IMG/VR virus record: IMGVR_UViG_3300025706_000015
DNA length: 33,865 nt
Reading direction: 5' to 3' (one strand)
Source of the DNA: a virus
A model generated the notes under the pieces. It worked only from the letters and a program-made list of their open reading frames with translations. It did no database searches and was not told the origin of the DNA. Position 1 is the first letter of the stretch; each line of letters opens with the position of its first letter. This document shows positions 1 to 7,814 of the stretch, piece by piece. The position numbers were made by a program, and so were the translations under genes.

Positions 1-127
1 CTGCGTCGCGCTTAATCATTGCTATAGCGTCGTCCGCTGCCTTTGCGCTGCCCAATAGCGTAATAAACCCTGCGCGGCTAGCCTCAAGGTCGCCTGCTAT
101 CTTTGCGCCTGCGCCAACAAAAGTAGC
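1..127. repeat. Terminal direct repeat copy 1 (identical to 33739..33865); circular-contig overlap
   Basis: The 127 nt ctgcgtcgcgcttaatcatt...gccaacaaaagtagc occur exactly at both window ends. The tape measure ORF reads through the junction in frame. Confidence 0.95.
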
Positions 128-271
128 TGCCGCTGCGCCTGCTATTGCAAGGCCTGTGGCAAATTGCTTACTCGCGTCTGCTGTACGCGCTGCATGGTCG
201 CGTACGCCGTCCAAAACCTTACTGGCCTCGTCCTTTGCGGTAATAAGTATTTTTATTAGGTTATCGTTCAT
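1..271 (-). CDS. Tape measure protein, N-terminal segment (gene wraps the circular junction and continues in 31745..33865)
   Basis: ATG at 271..269 (MNDNLIKILITAKDEASKVLDGVRDHAARTADASKQF...). After removing the 127-nt duplicate, the joined ORF is 2265 nt (755 codons) and in frame with 31745..33793. Confidence 0.8.
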   Translation of the reverse strand, partial: MNDNLIKILITAKDEASKVLDGVRDHAARTADASKQFATGLAIAGAAAATFVGAGAKIAGDLEASRAGFITLLGSAKAADDAIAMIKRDA

Positions 272-276
272 AGGCG

Positions 277-914
277 TTAATCTGGTTCAACGGTTTGGCC
301 TTTTGTTCTTGTTCGTTGTTCCTCGTAGGCCGCCTCTTGTTTCCTATTATTTATCTTATCACGCTTATTATCGGCCGCCCATACTGCAATAGCAAACTCT
401 ACTTCGTCCATAGGTTCTTGTTCCATTGCAACTGCACTAAGGTTAAACTTTTCGCGGTATCTAAAGTGCGCTAGCTTTTCCTTAATGTCGTTGTATTCTG
501 GGTCTGGTATCGTTTTGCCGTCGCCAACTGTTAGCGTCCCTGGTAGGTTTTGTACTATCAGGTCGTTTAGTTGGCTTTTGGTTTTGGGCTTACGCTGCCC
601 GCCCCCATTGCGGCGCTAATAAAGGCGTTCATAACCTCAAGCGGCAATTCGGTAACGTTGTCTTTGGTCATAGGTTCAGTACGTGCATTGTCAATAGTGC
701 CGTCGTCGCTTACAAGCCATGCGCCACTAACAAAGTGGTCTTTAATCATGTCTGCAAACGTGTCAATTCCCTGTTCCTCGTTCTCTTTAAGCTGCTTAAT
801 GGCCTGCGCCTCTGCGTAGGTAAATGGGCGGTAACTAATAAAGTGTTCGTCTGTCCACCCGTCCATTAAATGTTCAAAGCTAAAGCGCTTAGTACTTACT
901 ACTGGTTTACTCAT
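277..914 (-). CDS. Tail assembly chaperone, -1 frameshift product (GT-like)
   Basis: The -1 frame is open from the slippery CCCAAAA (582..588) to TAA at 277..279, just upstream of the tape measure ATG. This is the classic G/GT arrangement. Confidence 0.6.
567..914 (-). CDS. Tail assembly chaperone (G-like)
   Basis: 115-aa acidic ORF between the major tail and tape measure genes. SD-like AAAGGAACAACG lies 7 nt upstream of the ATG. Confidence 0.75.
   Translation of the reverse strand: MSKPVVSTKRFSFEHLMDGWTDEHFISYRPFTYAEAQAIKQLKENEEQGIDTFADMIKDHFVSGAWLVSDDGTIDNARTEPMTKDNVTELPLEVMNAFISAAMGAGSVSPKPKAN
582..588 (-). promoter_or_regulatory. -1 programmed frameshift slippery heptamer C CCA AAA
   Basis: X XXY YYZ heptamer in the zero frame, 4 codons before the stop of 567..914. 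The -1 frame continues for about 100 codons. Confidence 0.6.
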
Positions 915-942
915 ATCGTTACGTTGTTCCTTTCGTTATTTT

Positions 943-1914
943 TTAGTAACTTGCTACGTCGTTCACAAGCACTGCGGTAATTGCCTTACCTGTTGCAGTA
1001 CTAAACTCGCCAGATATACCCATAGTTTGTTCAACAATGCCGTCTAGGTCGTTGCTGGTGTCCCAGTCGCTAACGCGCGCCTGTTCAAGCGTAAACTCTA
1101 GGCTAGGGCTAACTGCTGGCGTACCAAAGGTTACGTCTGTGTTCTTAATTCCAAACAACATTGCCTTACTGGTGTTATTAAAGTACATATCCTCGTAACT
1201 GCTGTCGCTGTGGCGGGCTACAACTTCGCCCGTAATTTCAACGGCCATAGCGTGTATTTCTGCTGGGTCTGTGTTGCCTAGTTCAAAGTAAGCGTCTACG
1301 CCCATGTCCATGCTAATTTTAGCGCTTTTAACTGCGCTTGGTGTAGCTGCTGCAAGGCCTGCTACTGCGGTTGCAAACTTAACGTATGCGTGTTTGCTGG
1401 TAAACTCGTACTCGGTTACGTAGGCTACAGTGTTTGCAGTGTCTATGCCCTTTTTACTCATAATGTCGCAACTAAACTTAACGTACTCGCCTGCCTCTAC
1501 GGTAATTTCCATGCTTTTAATCATGGCAAGCGCGTGGCGGCGGTCAGTGTTGCCGTCTTTGCGGCTAAGTGTAAGGCTTTGTGGTGTATTGCTTTGGTTA
1601 ATGGTGTAGGTGTGTGTCCATGCGCCAGTACCGTTGGCTGCGCTGCTTACCGTACCAAATGCGCCTAGCAAAATAAGGCCAATACTCTTGTGGTTTACTT
1701 TACCCTCAAGTTTGCCCTCTGCCCATACCTTAGTAATTTCACTGTCGCTAACTTTTTCACGTACGCCTAGTGCGCTTTCGTTTTGTGCAAGTTCGCCCTT
1801 GCGCTTAAAGTCTAGGCTAAGGTGTCTAACCCAATAAGTCGCCACAACTGCTGTGCCGCGTACTGTTTCTTTACCAATTCCTACCGCAACTTTGCGGCCA
1901 ATGTAGTCGCCCAT
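943..1914 (-). CDS. Major tail (tube) protein
   Basis: 323-aa ORF directly upstream of the chaperone pair and tape measure, matching siphovirus gene order. Confidence 0.7.
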   Translation of the reverse strand: MGDYIGRKVAVGIGKETVRGTAVVATYWVRHLSLDFKRKGELAQNESALGVREKVSDSEITKVWAEGKLEGKVNHKSIGLILLGAFGTVSSAANGTGAWTHTYTINQSNTPQSLTLSRKDGNTDRRHALAMIKSMEITVEAGEYVKFSCDIMSKKGIDTANTVAYVTEYEFTSKHAYVKFATAVAGLAAATPSAVKSAKISMDMGVDAYFELGNTDPAEIHAMAVEITGEVVARHSDSSYEDMYFNNTSKAMLFGIKNTDVTFGTPAVSPSLEFTLEQARVSDWDTSNDLDGIVEQTMGISGEFSTATGKAITAVLVNDVASY

Positions 1915-2096
1915 TATTTTGTACCCTCATTATCTGCCGCTTTTTTGCGTTCGGCTAGTTCTTTTTCTATAACTTCCGTTGCTTGTTCTTGGCTGTCGGC
2001 CTCAACACTCTTACCCAAATCAGGGCTAAAGTACTTAACCTTTTCCGCTACTAGCGGTTTGCTATCTTTTTCGGGTGTTTCTGCGTTCTTAACCAT
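1914..2096 (-). CDS. Hypothetical Lys/Glu-rich small protein
   Basis: 60-aa ORF whose stop overlaps the start of the major tail gene. Confidence 0.55.
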   Translation of the reverse strand: MVKNAETPEKDSKPLVAEKVKYFSPDLGKSVEADSQEQATEVIEKELAERKKAADNEGTK

Positions 2097-2158
2097 ATAC
2101 CTTTATCCTACTATCATATTATTACATTTACAATATCATGGCCATAGTAAATAGTTGC

Positions 2159-2638
2159 CTATTCCCCTAAGCCCTCTACGTCGTGGCTATACCTAATGCC
2201 TACTGTGGCCATAATGCTAAGTATATTGCCCGCGTCAGTTTCTAGTATTTCCCAACCTGCCTGGGCTGGCTTTGTAATAACCGTAAATGGCTGGTTGTTT
2301 TCGTCTTTAGGTTGCAATGCGTCTAGCGCGTCAATTACTAGGTCGTTAAAGTCGTATGCCAAATCAAAGGCTGCGGCCTCGGCCTGGTTAGCAGTTTCGC
2401 CCTCTGCTACCTGTTCATACTTAAAGTAGCTAATAATTAAAAACTCTGGCGTACGTTCGTTCTGTTTGTTCGTGCTAACCTCGTTTGGCTGGCCGTTCAG
2501 TACCACGCGGGCTGCTGGGTAGGTTTCAAATGTTACGCGGGTATCGCTAACAACCTGGCCGTATGCCGTTTCGTCGCCGTACTGTAGCCCAGTTAGTAAC
2601 GCTACAATACTGTTCTTAATCTGTTTTACTTTACCCAT
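2159..2638 (-). CDS. Neck/tail-completion protein (tail terminator position)
   Basis: 159-aa ORF between the gp10-like gene and the major tail gene. Function is inferred from position only. Confidence 0.55.
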   Translation of the reverse strand: MGKVKQIKNSIVALLTGLQYGDETAYGQVVSDTRVTFETYPAARVVLNGQPNEVSTNKQNERTPEFLIISYFKYEQVAEGETANQAEAAAFDLAYDFNDLVIDALDALQPKDENNQPFTVITKPAQAGWEILETDAGNILSIMATVGIRYSHDVEGLGE

Positions 2639-2642
2639 AATT

Positions 2643-3125
2643 CTATTTTAGCCCCGCTATAGTTTTTGCAACTACCTGGTTACTCATTGCCATTACTGCT
2701 GGTTTCATTTTAGCATAGCTTTTTGCTGCAAACTTACTACCCTTAGTACCTTTACGGCTAATGCTGCGCGCTACCAAAAACGGGCTAACGTCTGCGCCCA
2801 TTTTGTCGCGTACCCACTTTTCTAATGGTGTGCCTTTCTGGTAGGGTGGTAGCTTGCCGTTTGGCTTGCGGCCGTACTCTACTGGTATGGCGTACTTTTT
2901 ATCGCTAAAAATAACTACCGTATCTGCGCTTTGCCATTTAGGCCGTATGCTTGCCCGTAGTTCGCCGTCATGTACTGGTGCGTTAAGCCTCATTTCGGCC
3001 TGGGTCATAATGCTGCCCCTGTCCAGTATTTCTTTTTTGGCTGCGGCCACGCTTTTAGCGCCCATTTGCAGTAGGCGTTTAACGTTCTCGCTGTCAATCT
3101 GTATGCCTACGCCTGCGCTTGCCAT
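2643..3125 (-). CDS. HK97 gp10-like head-tail joining protein
   Basis: 160 aa. The N-terminal pattern ...AKKEILDRGSIMTQAEMRLNAPVHDGELRASIRPK resembles the HK97-gp10 family. Confidence 0.6.
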   Translation of the reverse strand: MASAGVGIQIDSENVKRLLQMGAKSVAAAKKEILDRGSIMTQAEMRLNAPVHDGELRASIRPKWQSADTVVIFSDKKYAIPVEYGRKPNGKLPPYQKGTPLEKWVRDKMGADVSPFLVARSISRKGTKGSKFAAKSYAKMKPAVMAMSNQVVAKTIAGLK

Positions 3126-3126
3126 A

Positions 3127-3441
3127 TTACACCCTTAAATTAGCCTCACACTGTATATGCTTAGTAAATATGCCTGGCTGCACTCGTACGCCGCCAATCG
3201 TAAATACTCGGCCGCTTTGGTCGGTTACAACGTCCCCAGTTTTAAGGCCTGCGCTAACATCTGCAAACAAGTCATACGCCTGGCTAAGTTCCATGCCCCG
3301 CTGCGCTGCGCTTTGTGGGCTGCTGGCCAATATCAAGCAAGGCACTGCGGTTTTAATCTCGCTAGCGCCCGTTTTATGGCTGTTCGCAATCTTGCCCGTA
3401 CGCTTTACGCTAATGCGGTCTGTAAGCGTGTTAGCCCTCAT
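3127..3441 (-). CDS. Head closure / head-tail adaptor protein
   Basis: 104-aa ORF translationally coupled between the connector and the gp10-like gene. Confidence 0.55.
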   Translation of the reverse strand: MRANTLTDRISVKRTGKIANSHKTGASEIKTAVPCLILASSPQSAAQRGMELSQAYDLFADVSAGLKTGDVVTDQSGRVFTIGGVRVQPGIFTKHIQCEANLRV

Positions 3442-4014
3442 TTAGCCCACCTTTGGCGGCGTGTATTTAGCAATAACGTTATCAAATACGCCAGTGTCCG
3501 TAAACTCAATACGGTAACTGCCTGTGCTTTCACTTTTAACCCTGCGGCTGTCCTGCCCGCCAGTGCCGCTAAGTTGGTCTGCTGCAAACTGTAATGCTGC
3601 TAGCTTAAGGTCTGCTGGCATTGTTTCGCCCTCTGCGTGGCCGTATACGTAGGTAACGTGTACGGCGTTGTACGCGCTGCGGTTGTAATCGTCGCCGTAA
3701 CTAAAGTCAAGCGTAAGGCGGCCTGTATTGCTGTCGTACGTGTAACTTTTGGTGTCTATCGGGTCTGTTTCGTCCTCTGTGCCGCGCTGGTAAAGGCGTA
3801 CCTCGGTAATGCTTTTAATGCCCATACGGCCTAGCATTACATTGTCGCGGTAGTCCAGTATTTCGCTGCGTGTCTTATCGCTGCCGTAGTTGTAAAGGGT
3901 TTTGTCCTCTACGTACTGGTTAGTAGCGTCCACAAATAACTGTAGCCGCGTATCTTGGCTAGTGTCCCCTGGGGCAATTCCCAGGTATGCTTTTAGGTCT
4001 GCTAGTGTAATCAT
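3442..4014 (-). CDS. Head-tail connector (gp6-like)
   Basis: The N-terminus MITLADLKAYLGI...D..L..Fv.aa is typical of gp6-like connector/DNA-packaging proteins. It is the first gene after the capsid terminators. Confidence 0.65.
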   Translation of the reverse strand: MITLADLKAYLGIAPGDTSQDTRLQLFVDATNQYVEDKTLYNYGSDKTRSEILDYRDNVMLGRMGIKSITEVRLYQRGTEDETDPIDTKSYTYDSNTGRLTLDFSYGDDYNRSAYNAVHVTYVYGHAEGETMPADLKLAALQFAADQLSGTGGQDSRRVKSESTGSYRIEFTDTGVFDNVIAKYTPPKVG

Positions 4015-4042
4015 TTTTAAATAGTTCCTATGGCTTTATTGT

Positions 4043-4073
4043 AAAACAAAACCCCACTAAATAGTAGCGGGGT
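4043..4073 (-). terminator. Rho-independent terminator
   Basis: Sense ACCCCGC-TACTATTTA-GTGGGGT followed by TTTGTTTT, downstream of 4095..4676. Confidence 0.6.
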
Positions 4074-4094
4074 AATTGCATTGCAATAGTTTAC

Positions 4095-4676
4095 CTATTT
4101 TTTAGCGGCTGGCTTTGCTTTGTCGCTGCCCTCTGCTGGTTCGTCTGTGTCGTTTTCCAGTTCAGTAGCGGCCTCGGTTTCGTCGTCGCTTTCGTCGCCT
4201 GTTTCCTCAACGTCGCCTGCGCCTGCTTGGCGGTTAGCCTCGTTTGTAACGTCCTCAACTGGCGTACCCTCTGTGCCTGCGTCCTCGTCAGTAAGTGCGT
4301 CGCCCTCGTCAATTTGGCTAGGGTTGTCGCCCTCTTGGCCGTCTACGGTTTCGCCCTGGGCTTGCTTGTTAGCGTTTTCAATCAACTTATCTGCGGCGGT
4401 TTGTTCGTCGTCGCCCTTAAGTACTATACCCTCGTCGTCGTTTTTAACGTTACTGGTTACGCGGCCACCCTTTTTAAGGCTTTCCTCGCGGGCTTGGTCT
4501 GCAAGGCTAGCTGTGTCGCTGGTGTTGCTAACTTTCTTAGCGCCCTTTGCGTAAGGCTTTTCAATATCGTTAGTTTTTGCGTAAGCGTCTACTCGCTTAA
4601 GTTCTGCTGCGTCAAGGTCTACAACGTCGCCTTTTACGTAGTGGTCAATGTTCTCGTTAAACGTTACTAATGTCAT
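4095..4676 (-). CDS. Hypothetical highly acidic protein (possible head decoration/accessory)
   Basis: 193-aa ORF with a globular N-terminal ~50 aa followed by a D/E/T/G-rich low-complexity tail. It lies between two terminators after the capsid gene. Confidence 0.7.
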   Translation of the reverse strand: MTLVTFNENIDHYVKGDVVDLDAAELKRVDAYAKTNDIEKPYAKGAKKVSNTSDTASLADQAREESLKKGGRVTSNVKNDDEGIVLKGDDEQTAADKLIENANKQAQGETVDGQEGDNPSQIDEGDALTDEDAGTEGTPVEDVTNEANRQAGAGDVEETGDESDDETEAATELENDTDEPAEGSDKAKPAAKK

Positions 4677-4750
4677 AGCTTTGCTACTCCCTTTACATTG
4701 TTTTTAGTTACTTTTCAATAATAGCATATACGTTGTTCTATTTTCAGTAT

Positions 4751-4778
4751 AGCAAAAACGGGGCTGTTACGCCCCGTT
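4751..4778 (-). terminator. Rho-independent terminator after the major capsid gene
   Basis: Sense AACGGGGC-GTAACA-GCCCCGTT followed by TTTGC: an 8-bp GC-rich stem. Confidence 0.75.
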
Positions 4779-4799
4779 CATGTTTGGCTAGCCGTTAGG

Positions 4800-5897
4800 C
4801 TATTTTACGCCTGTAAGCTTGGCAAATGCCTCTGGTAGTACAACTGCGCCGTCTGTGTAGTGAATAACACGTACGCTAGTTTTACTTCGCTTAAAGTCGT
4901 CGCCCTCTGTACCAAAGTCTACACGAATACCGCCGCCGTCAGTAATAACGTACTTGCTGTAGTCGCCGTACCATACTTCGGTTTCGTTCGTACCCGCGCC
5001 CAGGTTAGTTGGGATATTTGGGTCGTAAGCTACTGGTCGGCCTTTAATCTTGTCAGTGTCGCCGTCAAAGTTGTTAAGCAATGGGCGGTTCTGGCTGTCT
5101 TTAAGTCCGTCAAGCAAGCCACCAACGCTGTCGGCTGCAAAAAACGTACCGTTAGCGCGGTATGCACGTGGCAATGCGCGGTAAAGGTTCATTACGTCGC
5201 CGTAAGCAAAGGCTGCGCCTGCTTGGGCTTTAACGTTTGCGCCTGGCAATGTTGCTGTGCGGTAGCCCTTTGGCTTACCTACGCCGTCGCCGTTTGTAAA
5301 GGCTGCGTCCTCAAGTACCTGAATAGCGTAAGCAAACTGGTCTACAACCATTTTACGAATATCAGGGTTGCTAACTGTTTGTGTAAGTACTTCGTCAGTA
5401 AACTTACCAAAGCCAACTGCCTTTTTAGGCTGCAACGTAACGGTTGCCCATTGTGCTGCGCTAAGGGTTGCTGTGTCGCCCTCGGCTACCCAGTAAGCTT
5501 GTACAAGCGCGTCCTCTGCGCCTAGCTTAATCTGGCCAACAACGTTATTAAGCACTGTAGCGTACTTACGTATTTCGCTAGTAGCGTTCAGTTTCTTAAT
5601 AATGGTGCTTTCAACGGTAAGAGGTACTAACCAACCACCCTCGTTAGCGGTTACTGTGTCCTGGCCTGTAAGGTCGGCTGCTTTGCGGCTTTCCACAATT
5701 TCTTTTTCTACTGCGTCAAGTTCGCTAGCGTTCTTAGCTGCAAATGCCTTAAACCATTTTGTTTCAAGGTCTGCTGCGGCTTTCTTAGCTTGTGGGTTTT
5801 TACCACCCTCTGCGCCTGCTGGCACAAAGCCTTTTGCTTTTGCTGCGCGGGCTTGTTCAACTGCCTCTGCAACAATTTCACTCATTTTCTTTTTCAC
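4800..5897 (-). CDS. Major capsid protein, HK97 fold
   Basis: 365 aa with an N-terminal delta-like coiled region, then typical HK97-family sequence (..GGWLVP.., ..KPKGY.., ..VWYGDYSKYVI..). It follows the prohead protease. Confidence 0.9.
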   Translation of the reverse strand: MKKKMSEIVAEAVEQARAAKAKGFVPAGAEGGKNPQAKKAAADLETKWFKAFAAKNASELDAVEKEIVESRKAADLTGQDTVTANEGGWLVPLTVESTIIKKLNATSEIRKYATVLNNVVGQIKLGAEDALVQAYWVAEGDTATLSAAQWATVTLQPKKAVGFGKFTDEVLTQTVSNPDIRKMVVDQFAYAIQVLEDAAFTNGDGVGKPKGYRTATLPGANVKAQAGAAFAYGDVMNLYRALPRAYRANGTFFAADSVGGLLDGLKDSQNRPLLNNFDGDTDKIKGRPVAYDPNIPTNLGAGTNETEVWYGDYSKYVITDGGGIRVDFGTEGDDFKRSKTSVRVIHYTDGAVVLPEAFAKLTGVK

Positions 5898-5930
5898 AAT
5901 GTTACCCTCGTAAAAATTATTAACTAACTA

Positions 5931-6887
5931 TTATTGTTCGTTGTCTTTATCGTCGCCGCCGTCCGTATCGTCTGCAAGGGCTGCTGCCACTGCGTCCGCT
6001 ACCTGTTGCGCCTGTTCCTCGTTAAGGTCGTCTACATCTACCTCTGCGTCGTCGCCCTCGTCCGTTCCAGTCGGTTTCTTACCGTCCTTACCGTCCGCGC
6101 CGTCGTCGTTTTGGTCGTCGTCGTCGCCCTTACCGTCCTCATCATCGCCTGCGTCGTCGCCGTCGCCTGCGTCTTGCAATGTTGCTACCTCTGTTTTAAT
6201 GTCCTCTACTGCCCCAACAAGTCCTGCGTTTTCCTCGCCGTCCCCGTTAATGGTAGTTTCTAGGCTAGCTAGCTTATCGTTAATAGGTTTAAGCGCGTCG
6301 GTAATAAATTGTTGCAGTTGTTCCATATTCTCTAAATTATCATTGTCCTTAAGGTTACGCAAGCCCTCTAGTTCCTTTTCGTAAGCTTTTACCAAAAAGG
6401 CTACGTCCTTTTTCGCAATCAGGCCGTCTTTGGCGGCAAGCACAATGGCGTTAGGGTTTGCTGGTACGGGTACAATGCTAATTTCTAGCAGTTCGTTTTT
6501 GGTCAGTACAATGTTGTCTTGTTCCTGGTTGTCCAGGTACTCTTTGTTAATAAAGCCAACGCTAACCGTATTAAGTATGCCTGCCTTTACCATGTTCCAA
6601 ATGGTCATTGCTTTGTCGTACATTTCGGCGGCAAATTGAATAGTGGCTAGGGTCTTGCCGTCCTCTACGCTAATGTCAATCGTTTTACCAATCGGCAAGT
6701 CGTAGCTATCGTGGCCAAACAAAACTACTGGGTTGTTTAGGTAGTTCTTAAAGTCCCAACCGTCCTGCTGTATAACTTCGCCCTGGCGGTCTACGCTTTC
6801 GTCGCTAATAATAAAGGTCGCCGTATAGTTCTTTTCGTCTATACTGTTCGCCTTTGTCTTAAAAAACTTTGTTAGGTTCTTTTTCAT
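5931..6887 (-). CDS. Prohead protease (HK97/S78 family) with scaffold-like coiled coil and poly-acidic C-terminus
   Basis: N-terminal ..FIISDESVDRQGEVI...NPVVLFGHD...PIGK..EISIVPVPANPNA matches prohead protease motifs. The C-terminal ~100 aa are a D/G-rich acidic tail. Confidence 0.85.
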   Translation of the reverse strand: MKKNLTKFFKTKANSIDEKNYTATFIISDESVDRQGEVIQQDGWDFKNYLNNPVVLFGHDSYDLPIGKTIDISVEDGKTLATIQFAAEMYDKAMTIWNMVKAGILNTVSVGFINKEYLDNQEQDNIVLTKNELLEISIVPVPANPNAIVLAAKDGLIAKKDVAFLVKAYEKELEGLRNLKDNDNLENMEQLQQFITDALKPINDKLASLETTINGDGEENAGLVGAVEDIKTEVATLQDAGDGDDAGDDEDGKGDDDDQNDDGADGKDGKKPTGTDEGDDAEVDVDDLNEEQAQQVADAVAAALADDTDGGDDKDNEQ

Positions 6888-6923
6888 AATTCTATTCTAT
6901 ACCCTCGCTATAATTTTATACTA

Positions 6924-7478
6924 TCATACGCTGCTTAAAATCGGTATTAGTACGCAACGGCAACTGCTGTGTAGCGGTGCGCCTTTAATGCCGTCGTAAT
7001 CAAACTTAAGCGTACTGGTCTTTTCCTCGCCACTGTTCGCCGTATATGTAACGTCCAGGGTGTCGCCTTTGTTAAAAAAGTTGCTGCTAACTTTCTCTAC
7101 TGTGCCGTCCATGTGGGCGCAATACCTGCATACGCGTTCGTCGCGGGCTGTATACCAACGTTTCTCAACTACTACGCCGCTTTGCTGCCAGGCCTGTATG
7201 TCTGCGTACGTCTGGGCGCGGGCGCTTTCTGTACGTGCTATATTATCTGCCCTGCGGGTACTAGCATAGCCTAGCACTTGTTCAACGCGGGCGCGCAACT
7301 CGTAGTTAGTTTCGTTGGCTGCAATGCCGTCTGCTAGCGTTAGGCGTAGCTGCTTTTCAGTTTCCGCGTTTACGTCGCCGCCTACCTTGTTCGCCTTTTC
7401 AATAAACCATTTCTGTATGGTCGCCTTGTACGGGTCAAATGCTGGTACGTTCGCGCCGTTAAATGCTAACTCGGCCAT
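6924..7478 (-). CDS. MuF-like / SPP1 gp7-like head morphogenesis protein (ATG-defined C-terminal part)
   Basis: ..RTESARAQTYADIQAW...WYTARDERVCRYCAHMDG...HSSCRCVLIP matches the MuF minor head domain. The frame stays open upstream to 7814 with no ATG, GTG or TTG. Confidence 0.8.
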   Translation of the reverse strand: MAELAFNGANVPAFDPYKATIQKWFIEKANKVGGDVNAETEKQLRLTLADGIAANETNYELRARVEQVLGYASTRRADNIARTESARAQTYADIQAWQQSGVVVEKRWYTARDERVCRYCAHMDGTVEKVSSNFFNKGDTLDVTYTANSGEEKTSTLKFDYDGIKGAPLHSSCRCVLIPILSSV

Positions 7479-7814
7479 TGCGCTGTAGCCCGTACTCGTA
7501 ATGATATTAAAGTAAAGCGGCTGTAATGCCTTACTTAATTGTTCGGCGTACTCGTCAAAGTTGGCAAAACCAAATAACTTGCTAGGGTCTACGTCTTTAC
7601 GCTTAAGCGCCTTTTGTACTCGCTGCGTGTCCAGTTCTGCTAATAAGGCCTGTTTCTGCTGTTCAAATATGGCGCGGGCTTTAGCAATAAACTGCTGTTC
7701 AAATGCTGCGCCGCGTTCAATGTAGGCCTTGTGCTTGGCCTCGCCGTATTCCTCTAGCCAATCGGCGGGTACGTTAGTTTTTTTTTTGCGCCTGTGGCGC
7801 TGCTTGGCAAACTC
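7479..7814 (-). other. Start-less in-frame upstream extension of the MuF-like ORF
   Basis: 112 sense codons (EFAKQRHRRKKKTNVPADWLEEYGEAKHKAYIERG...) with no canonical start. They are in the -1 frame relative to the portal and overlap its last 20 codons. Confidence 0.6.

Noticed and set aside
4058-4086. TTGCAA-N17-TATTTA promoter-like match upstream of 3442..4014.
   Set aside because: The -10 and spacer coincide with the loop and stem of the 4043..4073 terminator hairpin. This may be a chance match, so it is kept only as part of the CTATTGCAA word observation.
4091-4312. 73-aa minus-strand ORF (T/Q/R-rich) overlapping 4095..4676 in another frame.
   Set aside because: It is a low-complexity alternative-frame reading of the acidic repeat region. 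It has no independent start signals and is fully nested in a better-supported ORF.
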